Shown here piece after piece: positions 19,133 to 27,023 of a stretch of DNA of 64,000 bases. The stretch's first letter is position 1, and each line of letters opens with the position of its first letter. This DNA comes from Spirochaetota bacterium (GTDB lineage: Bacteria > Spirochaetota > Brachyspiria > Brachyspirales > JACRPF01), in contig JBBTBY010000027.1 in NCBI GenBank assembly GCA_038043445.1, forward strand, positions 56,153 to 120,152. The letters are read 5' to 3'. Both the position numbers and the translations under genes were made by a program. A model generated the notes under the pieces. The model did not search any database. It saw nothing but the letters and a program-made list of their open reading frames with translations, and was not told the origin of the DNA.

Positions 19133-20230
19133 TCACCCCTTGGTGGCTTCGGAAAAACTGACACCGCTTATACCGAGGCAGATGAATCCGGCTATGACCT
19201 GGGGAATGAGCCCGATGACGAAGTGTGCAAGTATGGCGACCGATGCCGCGTCCTCGGGGACAATGCCGCAGAGGACGAGGCCGAAGATGGCGGCGAATTC
19301 ATACGTGCCGATGCCGCTCGGCGCCGAGGGGATGGAGAGGCCGAGCCCGGATATGCACATCACCCAGAGCGCGGCGAGATACGGCGAGGGAAGCGCGCGC
19401 CCGAACGGGAAGGCGAAGAGAAGTATCATGAGGCTTGCGCTGATGAGTATCCAGTAGATGACGGTGATGCCGGTCATGATAGGAACGCTTCCGGGCGCGG
19501 GCTTGAAACCGATGCCGTCGACGAATTTGTGAAGGACGGCGATGACCTTCTCGGAGAACTTCTTCGGCAGCGGTTTGAGGAAGAACGAGACGACACCGAA
19601 CGCCGTGGACCGCCCGACGCGGAGGAATATCATGAACCCAAGGAGCGCGAGGACGGCGAGAAACCCGACGGTCGTTACCTTCCGCACGTCTATGGCGGGC
19701 GCCGACTTCATGCCGAGGAACGATGCGACGAGGGAGAGCGCCTCCTTCGTATTGCGGAGTATCTCCGGTGAGATGAACGATATCACGAACAGTATGCCGA
19801 CAACGGTGAGGCCATCGATGATGCGTTCCATGACGATGCTCGCGAAGGCCGATGTTTTGCTGATGCCCTCTTTTTTTCCGAGGAGATACGGCCGTATTAT
19901 CTCGCCGAGCTTTGCCGGAAAGATGTTGTTCGCCATATAGCCGATATACGTCGCTTCGATGAGCGTGCTCGTGCGTATCTTCGCATTCACCGGTATGAGA
20001 TACCCCCAGCGTATCCCGCGAAGCGCGAGTGCCGCGATCTGCACCACAACGGCGATGAGCACAACGAACCAGTTCGCTGAAAGGAGGCTCTGCCAGATCT
20101 TGCCGAAATCGAGCGTGCGGAACGTTATGAAGATGAATACCGCGCTTATCACAAGCCCGACGATGAGCTGAATGAGCATGGAGTACGATTTTTTGGGAGA
20201 TGAACCCTTTTTCACGGGCTTCTTTTTCAT
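19133..20230 (-). CDS. UPF0104 / lysylphosphatidylglycerol-synthase-TM-region-like flippase-type membrane protein
   Basis: 365 aa, multi-pass. N-terminal Lys-rich tail then TM helices; 'LRGIRWGYLIP' is typical of this family. Confidence 0.55.
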   Translation of the reverse strand: MKKKPVKKGSSPKKSYSMLIQLIVGLVISAVFIFITFRTLDFGKIWQSLLSANWFVVLIAVVVQIAALALRGIRWGYLIPVNAKIRTSTLIEATYIGYMANNIFPAKLGEIIRPYLLGKKEGISKTSAFASIVMERIIDGLTVVGILFVISFISPEILRNTKEALSLVASFLGMKSAPAIDVRKVTTVGFLAVLALLGFMIFLRVGRSTAFGVVSFFLKPLPKKFSEKVIAVLHKFVDGIGFKPAPGSVPIMTGITVIYWILISASLMILLFAFPFGRALPSPYLAALWVMCISGLGLSIPSAPSGIGTYEFAAIFGLVLCGIVPEDAASVAILAHFVIGLIPQVIAGFICLGISGVSFSEATKG

Positions 20231-20305
20231 GTGTTTTCCTTACTATTGTCCTGCCATGATAGGTCAATGGGGGCTATTGTCAAGAGCGCGCTCGTGCCCG
20301 AATTA

Positions 20306-20445
20306 TCATGTAAGAAAAATGCAACCACAGAGGGAAAACGGAGAGCACAGAGAAATGCGGGTTTTTAGTTTTCACCAATCGGGTGATTTCATTTTTTATT
20401 TTTGCTCTCTGTGCTTTCTCCTGCGTTTCTCTGTGGTTTTTCCTG
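20306..20445 (+). repeat. Long-hairpin intergenic repeat, copy E1
   Basis: 'TCATGTAAGAAAAATGCAACCACAGAG...CACAGAGAAATGCGGG...GCTCTCTGTG...CTCTGTGGTTTTTCC'. The arms are complementary, and its sequence and architecture are shared with E2 (33394-33547) and E3 (35712-35837). Confidence 0.7.
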
Positions 20446-20474
20446 ATTTATATGATGCGCTGGGGCGTGCGCGG

Positions 20475-21314
20475 CTACAGATCCCACACCGAATGCGTGA
20501 GAATACCCTCTCCCGGCTTGCATTCCCCCGTTTTTTTGCAGAGGAGGGTAATCCCCTCGCGGAGACCCACCGGAAGCATGTCGTTGAGCCTGCTCCGGAA
20601 TCCTGATGCTGGTATCTTGTAGTAACGATCGCCTACCGTGCGGAACGGCTCTTTCCGGCCGTAATCATAGCCGTCCGCGTACACGACAGAAAGCCCGTAA
20701 TGGCCGATCACTTCACGGAGCGCACCGTACGTGAACACCGATTTGTGATCGGGGACGATGCCGAACACGCCGTTCGTGTCCTCGAGAAAGCGGTTGCCGG
20801 CGCGGTAGCGTATCGAAGGGAAATAGTTCATGAGCGAAAGACCGAAGGCGAGGAACACACGATTATAAATGCACGCGAGGTTGGGCGTCGTGATGTACAC
20901 ATACCCGCCCGGTGCGAGCGCCCTTGACGCGGATGCTATTACACCGTCCGGGTTATACACATGCTCGAGCAGTTCGCCGAGGATGATAAGATCGAATTTG
21001 TCCTTCGTCTTGAAATCGGATGCGTCGCCTTTCAGGAACGGCTTGTAGCCGTGAAGCTCCTTGGGCGATGCATTCAGTATCGTCACCGTCGATGACGGGA
21101 GCGTTGCCGAGAACCAGCGTCCGGTGCCTTTGTTGCCGCCGACATCGAGCACCTTTTTCGGCATGGCGTGCATCGAGCGCATAGCGCGGAGAAATTGCAG
21201 GAATCGCTTTTTTGCCGAGATATGCGTGTGACCGCCAGTCTCACAGTCGGCGAGGAATACCAGTTCCGCATCCGTATCGACGCGTGCGTTGCGCGTGTCC
21301 CATGTCATTTTCAT
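20475..21314 (-). CDS. Class I SAM-dependent methyltransferase
   Basis: 'VLDVGGNKGTG' motif I and 'LIILGELLEHV' motif; 279 aa. Confidence 0.65.
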   Translation of the reverse strand: MKMTWDTRNARVDTDAELVFLADCETGGHTHISAKKRFLQFLRAMRSMHAMPKKVLDVGGNKGTGRWFSATLPSSTVTILNASPKELHGYKPFLKGDASDFKTKDKFDLIILGELLEHVYNPDGVIASASRALAPGGYVYITTPNLACIYNRVFLAFGLSLMNYFPSIRYRAGNRFLEDTNGVFGIVPDHKSVFTYGALREVIGHYGLSVVYADGYDYGRKEPFRTVGDRYYKIPASGFRSRLNDMLPVGLREGITLLCKKTGECKPGEGILTHSVWDL

Positions 21315-21368
21315 TCTGGGAGTATATCCCGCTATGGGACGCAGTCAATCCCTGCGTTCAGCGAATGG

Positions 21369-22001
21369 TCAGCGTATCGGCGTATTGAGCGCCTCATGCT
21401 CTTTCGCCGTATACTTGAAATGCCACCATTCACCGCTGTAATTTTTAAACCCGCGCTTTTCCATCGTCTTAAGAAGAAGCATACGGTTCGATAATACCAG
21501 CCCGCTTGCGTTCATCGTATTCGCCTTGGTGCTGAACTCATCGTATCCCGTTCCCATGACAAGTTCTTTTCCGGCTTTATCCACGAGCGTAACATCGATC
21601 ATATTGCCGCATACATGGCCGTATCGCGTGAGGGGATTTATCGACCCGGGGATATAGATGCCGATGAGGCTGCGCTTTCCGGCGGCGAGCGCCCACTCTA
21701 TCATCTGCCATTCGGATGACATCGGGCGATAGGCGTCATATATTTTCAGCTTCAGCCCCTGCGGCTTCAGGTCGTTCTGCACGAGCGAGAGCGCGTCCGC
21801 TGCCTCCTTTACGCACCATGCCTTGGCGGCGTAGAAACCGTTGTGAATGACGCCGAGGAAATTATTCGTCGTGGCGTACCGTATATCAAGGATGATATCC
21901 GGTATCACCGTGCGTATCTCGACGAAATCCGCCGGCATATCGTTGGCGGCTGACAATGAACCTGCTATGCATATCGTCGCGATGATCATCGTTATTTTCA
22001 T
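21369..22001 (-). CDS. ddpX: D-alanyl-D-alanine dipeptidase (VanX/DdpX, peptidase M15D)
   Basis: 'LKIYDAYRPMSSEWQMIEWA' and 'SGEWWHF' match DdpX 'LVIYDAYRPQQAQAMLWQ' and 'SEWWHF'. Signal peptide after the internal Met. Confidence 0.8.
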   Translation of the reverse strand: MKITMIIATICIAGSLSAANDMPADFVEIRTVIPDIILDIRYATTNNFLGVIHNGFYAAKAWCVKEAADALSLVQNDLKPQGLKLKIYDAYRPMSSEWQMIEWALAAGKRSLIGIYIPGSINPLTRYGHVCGNMIDVTLVDKAGKELVMGTGYDEFSTKANTMNASGLVLSNRMLLLKTMEKRGFKNYSGEWWHFKYTAKEHEALNTPIR

Positions 22002-22038
22002 ACTCACTCCCCTGAATGATATACACTCGAAAAAACCG

Positions 22039-22893
22039 CTACTTTGTGATCGCCGCGTGCATCGCCGTGAACATGGCATCCCACTGAGAGTTCCAATAAC
22101 TCCAGTCATGGATGCCGTTCGTCTGCACGATGAATTCCGCACGTATCGATGTTCCCTTGAGCGCATCGCGCAGCGCATCGAGCTGATCGGGCCTGACCGA
22201 TGTATCCCGTCCGCCGTGGCCGATGAACAGCGCCGTGCCGGTAAGATTGCTTACAAGCGAAGGCGATATGCAATTATCCTTCTGCCAGCGTTCCGGGAAT
22301 TTGTCGCGCTTGCCGTAGACGACCTCATGTATCTTGTATTCGCCTTCCGATGTCTTCAGCCGCATAAGATCGAACGTGCCGGACACGCTCCCCGCGAACG
22401 CGAATTCCGGATACAGCTCCGAAACGAGCACTGCGCCCCGTCCGCCGGTGGAGTATCCGATAACGGCGGTATGCGCGCGGTTTGTGTGCACGGAATATTT
22501 CTTCCGCATGTGCGTGAGCACCGCTTCTCCTATCCAGCGTACGCCCGGCGCCATTCTCCAGCCGCTTATCGTTTCCGGGTAGAAGGTGCTTTCATACACC
22601 GTCTGCCCCATGTTCGGGACGGCGATCACGACGCCGTACTTGTCGGCGAACGGTCCGAGATCGCCCTTCTGCCGCCACAATGCCGGCGAGTGATTCCAGC
22701 CGTGAAGCGCAATAACGAGCGGATATTTCCTCGCCGTTTTGTTCTTTGTATATCCCGCGGGCAGATAGACTTCCATTCCTGTGGTTGCGGCTTTCCCGTC
22801 GATGGTGCCGTTGACCGTTACCTTTGTCAGCCAGCCGTCCGCTGCGCATGCCGTTGCGGCTGCGAGAATGAATGCGAGCACTGAGCGCATCAT
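22039..22893 (-). CDS. Secreted esterase (alpha/beta hydrolase, putative-esterase / CE1-like)
   Basis: Signal peptide; 'VIGYSTGGRGA' nucleophile elbow (GxSxG); 'LHGWNHS'. Confidence 0.65.
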   Translation of the reverse strand: MMRSVLAFILAAATACAADGWLTKVTVNGTIDGKAATTGMEVYLPAGYTKNKTARKYPLVIALHGWNHSPALWRQKGDLGPFADKYGVVIAVPNMGQTVYESTFYPETISGWRMAPGVRWIGEAVLTHMRKKYSVHTNRAHTAVIGYSTGGRGAVLVSELYPEFAFAGSVSGTFDLMRLKTSEGEYKIHEVVYGKRDKFPERWQKDNCISPSLVSNLTGTALFIGHGGRDTSVRPDQLDALRDALKGTSIRAEFIVQTNGIHDWSYWNSQWDAMFTAMHAAITK

Positions 22894-22897
22894 GCGT

Positions 22898-24877
22898 TCA
22901 CTCCTGCCCAAGAACATGGAATTCGGAGAGCGCGAGATCGTTCCATTTTGTCCCTTTGTAGATGGAGTTCACGGTGAGCTTTACCCACGTGCATTTCTTC
23001 GGCGAGGGAAGCATGAACGTGGACTCCGTGGGCGTATCGTTGAACGTGATCGGCATTTCGCTGCCGTCGGAGAACTGTATCAAAGCCGTCTTTATGCGGT
23101 TGTTCATCGTATAGAGATCGCCGAGATCGTCGATGCGGCGGAAACCGTTGGAGAATTCAAAACCGGTCACGGTCTTTTCTTTCTTAAAGCTCATTTTTAT
23201 CCATTCTTTCTCGCCCCCGGCGGGCTTGGTGACCGGCTGCCACGATGTCCAGAGATTGTCGTCGATGAGATTGTCCGGCGTGAACGTATACTGCTTCCAG
23301 TTGCCCATCGATGATGATGCCGTCAGTGCCACACCGGCATTGGCGATGCGGAATCCGTTCGCGGGGACAAAGCGGGTAAGCTCGCTCGCTTTCCGTCTCG
23401 CCCACATCACTTCTGCGCTTCGGTTCAGTTTTTCATATGCCCGCGCGAGGCCCTCATATGCCGGTCCGAAATTCGGATCGCGCTCGATGGCTTTCTGGAA
23501 AAAGCTCACTGCGAGTTCGCCGCCGCCGAGATTAAGCGCGCTCGCACCCCTGTCGGTAAAGCTTTTCGCATCATCGGATTCCGCGGCGGTCGCACGCCGT
23601 GCAACGCCGAAGTCGGCACGCTCAATGAGCTGTCTGAGATAGGACTCAACGCGGCTGGACTCGGCGATATCGACGATATTGCCGATATCGTTGATAGCCC
23701 CGTTCCCGTCAACGGCGAACACCACCCAGAGCCCGCCTTTCTGATTCGCCGGTACGGAGTATGAGCGGATAAGCGACTGCCCTACATAGACGAAAACTTT
23801 CGCCTTGCTCACATCGGAAAGTTTGCGATTCCCGTAGCTGCCGTTCGCCGAGTAATTATGCACAGCGAAGACATACTTTTCACCCTGTCGCCGGCGCTGT
23901 ATGGTGATCGTCTCCGGGCCGAAGGAACTTGTGTCATCCACGTCAAGGAACGCATCGCTCCCTGTTTTCTTATTGAAGTTGATGTGATTGTTCGGATAGA
24001 CCACATGCAGGTCAAGATCGTTCGGTTCTGCACCCCAGGAAAGCACCACTCGGAACGCATCCATTTGCAGGAGGATCTCACTGACAGCATACGACATGCC
24101 GGTGCATGGCCCTTTCGCGGTGAGTGTGGAATACCCTTCCTTCTTAATGATGAGGGAAACCGAACCGTCATCAGGGAAGGCGGAACGAACGACGGCTTTT
24201 CCTTCCGCATCGGTCCTGGCCGCAACGGAGGGCTGCCCTTCTTTCTGCAGTGTAACTTCCGCGTCGGCAACGGCCTTGTCTTTGATCGTGGCGCTTAATA
24301 CGCGAACAGTGATGTCATATTTTTTCTGTGCGGATGCCGTGCTGTCGCCGGCTGTCGAAACGACCGCGGTGCCTTGCGGCTTCATCATCAATGCAAGCTG
24401 ATCGTCCTTTTTCAGCATGATCGAAGTTACTGCAAGTATCTCAGCCGACTGCGTATTGACAAGTCGTCCGTTGATATCGACGGACGTTCCCATGTCGGTG
24501 ATGGTCCCGATGAGGAGAGCATCAACGCCGAGTATGCGTCCGAGTTCCTTGATGGAATTGCCGTCCATCATTCCCGTATTCTGCAGCGTAAGCTCTCGTA
24601 AGACCTCGTTCAACTTGTTGCGCTCGATGACCTTAAGGCCTTCGATGCGGAAGATCTCGAAAATGAGCTTTTCGGACAGATATCCGCCGAACAGGAGCTT
24701 TGCCCCGCTCAGCTCGGTGAAGTCAAGTATCGCGACACTTTTTGCGTTCTTGTTCTTCATGGACCGCGATATCTGATTCGCGATCTCGACAATGCCGTCC
24801 TGAAGACGATACTCTGCTGCCGTGCACAACGACGAGAGCAAAACGATGATGACTGCGCTTTTCAATACCCTATTCAT
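22898..24877 (-). CDS. Multidomain secreted protein: LpoB/CsgG/FlgO-like N-domain, CarbopepD_reg-like, TPR, C-terminal discoidin (F5/8 type C) domain
   Basis: Signal peptide. 'SVAILDFTELSG...LGVDALLIGTITD' resembles the LpoB/FlgO fold. 'NLWTSWQP...EWIKMSFKK...VTGFEFSNGF' is discoidin-like. Confidence 0.5.
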   Translation of the reverse strand: MNRVLKSAVIIVLLSSLCTAAEYRLQDGIVEIANQISRSMKNKNAKSVAILDFTELSGAKLLFGGYLSEKLIFEIFRIEGLKVIERNKLNEVLRELTLQNTGMMDGNSIKELGRILGVDALLIGTITDMGTSVDINGRLVNTQSAEILAVTSIMLKKDDQLALMMKPQGTAVVSTAGDSTASAQKKYDITVRVLSATIKDKAVADAEVTLQKEGQPSVAARTDAEGKAVVRSAFPDDGSVSLIIKKEGYSTLTAKGPCTGMSYAVSEILLQMDAFRVVLSWGAEPNDLDLHVVYPNNHINFNKKTGSDAFLDVDDTSSFGPETITIQRRRQGEKYVFAVHNYSANGSYGNRKLSDVSKAKVFVYVGQSLIRSYSVPANQKGGLWVVFAVDGNGAINDIGNIVDIAESSRVESYLRQLIERADFGVARRATAAESDDAKSFTDRGASALNLGGGELAVSFFQKAIERDPNFGPAYEGLARAYEKLNRSAEVMWARRKASELTRFVPANGFRIANAGVALTASSSMGNWKQYTFTPDNLIDDNLWTSWQPVTKPAGGEKEWIKMSFKKEKTVTGFEFSNGFRRIDDLGDLYTMNNRIKTALIQFSDGSEMPITFNDTPTESTFMLPSPKKCTWVKLTVNSIYKGTKWNDLALSEFHVLGQE

Positions 24878-24963
24878 ATTACAACCCCCTGCTGATCGAT
24901 ATGACCCGGAACACGGGGGATTATATCACGGCGGTAATGGTTGTCAAGAAAAAAACGGAATGA

Positions 24964-25764
24964 CTAGAATATCTTTGCGAACGCCTTCTTTTCCGCGCCC
25001 TCTTCCTTGAACAGCCCCATCTTGTAGAGCAGGCGCGTGACCGCGAGCGTAAAGCCGCCTTTGATCGGCGTCTTCGGGAACAGTTTCACAAGCGGCGTGC
25101 GCTTCTGTATGGAGAGGAGCACTTTGTCCTCGTCGCTCAGGATGGGGCCGAGGAGATAGAGCGGTTCGGAGATATCGAATTTTCCCATGACCTTTTTCAT
25201 CTCGCGATAGAGGTTCACCGCCCAGTCGATATTCCTGACGCGGTTGACGAGGAGGTTCATATTGTCGCAGAGATGGTTCGCGCTTATCACCTTGATGACG
25301 CGGTAGAGGTCGGTGAGCGCGGTCACTTCGGGGTTGGCGACGAGCACTATCTCGTTCGATATCCCGTAGAATTTCAAAAGCTCCTGGCGAATGCCCGCCG
25401 CGTGGTCGATGAGGATGAAATCGTAGGTCGAGCGCAGCACCTCGATATCGCGTATGAGGCGGTTGAAGTTGTATTCGTTCTCGTACTGAATGAAGCTCAG
25501 TATGTTCACGCCGGCGGATATCACATCAACGCCGTAATCGCTTTTCAGGATGGCCTTTTCGATGGGGATGGCGTTCTCGAAGTAGCGCTGAAAGAGGTTC
25601 TCGGGCTTGACATGGAGCAGGATGAAGACGTTCGAACAGTTGATGTCCATATCGAATACGAGCACTTTATTGCCGCGGCTCGCGAGCTCCACCGCCATAT
25701 TGACCGCGGTGAAGGTCTTGCCTACGCCGCCCTTGCCGCTGGTGAATGATATGACCGTTCCCAT
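24964..25764 (-). CDS. MinD/ParA-family ATPase (FlhG/Mrp-like, deviant Walker A)
   Basis: 'SGKGGVGKTFTAVNMA' deviant Walker A; 266 aa. No par site or partner ParB is visible. Confidence 0.75.
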   Translation of the reverse strand: MGTVISFTSGKGGVGKTFTAVNMAVELASRGNKVLVFDMDINCSNVFILLHVKPENLFQRYFENAIPIEKAILKSDYGVDVISAGVNILSFIQYENEYNFNRLIRDIEVLRSTYDFILIDHAAGIRQELLKFYGISNEIVLVANPEVTALTDLYRVIKVISANHLCDNMNLLVNRVRNIDWAVNLYREMKKVMGKFDISEPLYLLGPILSDEDKVLLSIQKRTPLVKLFPKTPIKGGFTLAVTRLLYKMGLFKEEGAEKKAFAKIF

Positions 25765-25767
25765 AGC

Positions 25768-25965
25768 CTATGTTCCCGTGAGCTTCGTGAGCACTTCGGA
25801 GACCTTCGTCTGTACGTTCTCGTCCCAGTCGAGGATCATGTCCTTGAGCTTGCGTATCGCGGCAAGGCGCTCCTCGCCGGCGAGGTCGGCGGACGCGAGC
25901 ATATCGAGCCCTTTGATGCGTTCGGCGGGCTTGGCGCTGTCGAGGAATTTAATGTATTCGTCCAT
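25768..25965 (-). CDS. Small HEAT-repeat-like protein (65 aa) immediately upstream of the ParA-like ATPase
   Basis: 'MDEYIKFLDSAKPAERIKGLDMLASADLAGEERLAAIRKLKDMILDWDENVQTKVSEVL' has HEAT-like helical repeats. It ends 3 nt before the ATPase start. Confidence 0.35.
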   Translation of the reverse strand: MDEYIKFLDSAKPAERIKGLDMLASADLAGEERLAAIRKLKDMILDWDENVQTKVSEVLTKLTGT

Positions 25966-26076
25966 GTGTTTCCCGGTAAAATTGATTCTACCAGAAGGCG
26001 ATGAAAAAGCAAGCTTTTCTTTGTCCTCATGTGAGGATCCGGGGATCGGCCGCCGCGTGCTTACCGATGCATTGTC

Positions 26077-26105
26077 TTGCTTTTTGGGTGGTAGTGTAGT
26101 ATAGT
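26077..26105 (+). promoter_or_regulatory. Candidate sigma70 promoter for the GGDEF gene
   Basis: TTGCTT, 17-nt spacer, TATAGT, read directly. Confidence 0.3.
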
Positions 26106-26152
26106 GTAGGGGTGCAGCGAATCCGTATACAGCGCACCAGCGCGCGGGCAGT

Positions 26153-26920
26153 ATGCGAGAATTAACCAGTTTTAACATCAACACGATAAAGATCATGACG
26201 CATCTCCTTGCGCATGATGCGGTGACCGACGAGGCGATCGAGACATTGCGTCTGCTCGAGCTCGATTATTATTCGCTGCTCGATAAGAACAAGATACTCG
26301 AAGAAAAGATAAATATTGATAATAAGACCAACCTGCTCAAGTACAGCGACGATTACCTGACGATAATCCTCAAGACGGCCTCACGGATACTCGACCGCCC
26401 CGTGCTACGTGATGCATACAACGTCGCCTACATACGCTTCGATATCGACGATTTTTCCATCATCAATAATAAATACGGGCATGATAAGGGCGATATCGTC
26501 CTCATCGATTTCGCCACGATACTCAAGGAGAATTCACGCCCGACCGATTATACCATACGCTACGGCGGCGAAGAATTCGATGTCATGCTCCCTGCCACCG
26601 ACATCAAGGGCGCAAGCGTATATCTCAATAAGATATTCAATGAGATCGATAAGATCTCCTACAATTTCGATACGTCCCCGATCAAATTCGGCGTGAGCGC
26701 CGGCGTGAGCCTCCTGTGCGTGAGCTATGCCAACTTAAAGCGCATCGATGCCGGCCAGATGCGCGATGCATATAAGACGCTGCAGAAAGAAGCGGATGAT
26801 GCGCTCTACGATGCGAAGCATGCGGGAAAGAACCAGTACAAGGTATACGATAAGGATGTCGATTATAAACGCATCCGCGAGGCGTACGCCGCGTCCAACA
26901 AAGGGCATACGCCGGTCTGA
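26153..26920 (+). CDS. Diguanylate cyclase (GGDEF domain protein)
   Basis: 'RYGGEEFDVML' GGEEF active-site motif and 'GHDKGDIVL'. The gene is AT-rich relative to its neighbours. Confidence 0.8.
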   Translation: MRELTSFNINTIKIMTHLLAHDAVTDEAIETLRLLELDYYSLLDKNKILEEKINIDNKTNLLKYSDDYLTIILKTASRILDRPVLRDAYNVAYIRFDIDDFSIINNKYGHDKGDIVLIDFATILKENSRPTDYTIRYGGEEFDVMLPATDIKGASVYLNKIFNEIDKISYNFDTSPIKFGVSAGVSLLCVSYANLKRIDAGQMRDAYKTLQKEADDALYDAKHAGKNQYKVYDKDVDYKRIREAYAASNKGHTPV

Positions 26921-26947
26921 CAGCACCCCGAATTCCTGCATCAGCGG

Positions 26948-26976
26948 GTTGACAAACCGGCACGAACATACGATAA
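26948..26976 (+). promoter_or_regulatory. Candidate sigma70 promoter for the MMPL transporter gene
   Basis: TTGACA (26948-26953), 17-nt spacer, GATAAT (26971-26976). Confidence 0.45.
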
Positions 26977-27023
26977 TGTCGCCCCTTCCGGGAATTTGTT
27001 CACTGTCAAAACGAGGTTGAAGA

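Noticed and set aside
19299-20267. 322-aa ORF overlapping the UPF0104 membrane protein gene in another frame
   Set aside because: Arg/His-rich, no motifs. The overlapping 365-aa frame has coherent TM helices and family motifs.
20306-20445. CRISPR array, considered because of short recurring CACAGAG units here and at 33394-33547
   Set aside because: Units are 7-8 nt with irregular spacing and are mirrored as complements on the other arm (a hairpin, not repeat-spacer periodicity). No cas genes are present.
20172-20622. Two plus-strand ORFs (144 and 79 aa) spanning repeat E1
   Set aside because: They translate the repeat hairpin and the antisense of the methyltransferase gene. They have no RBS or domain signal and are probably not genes.
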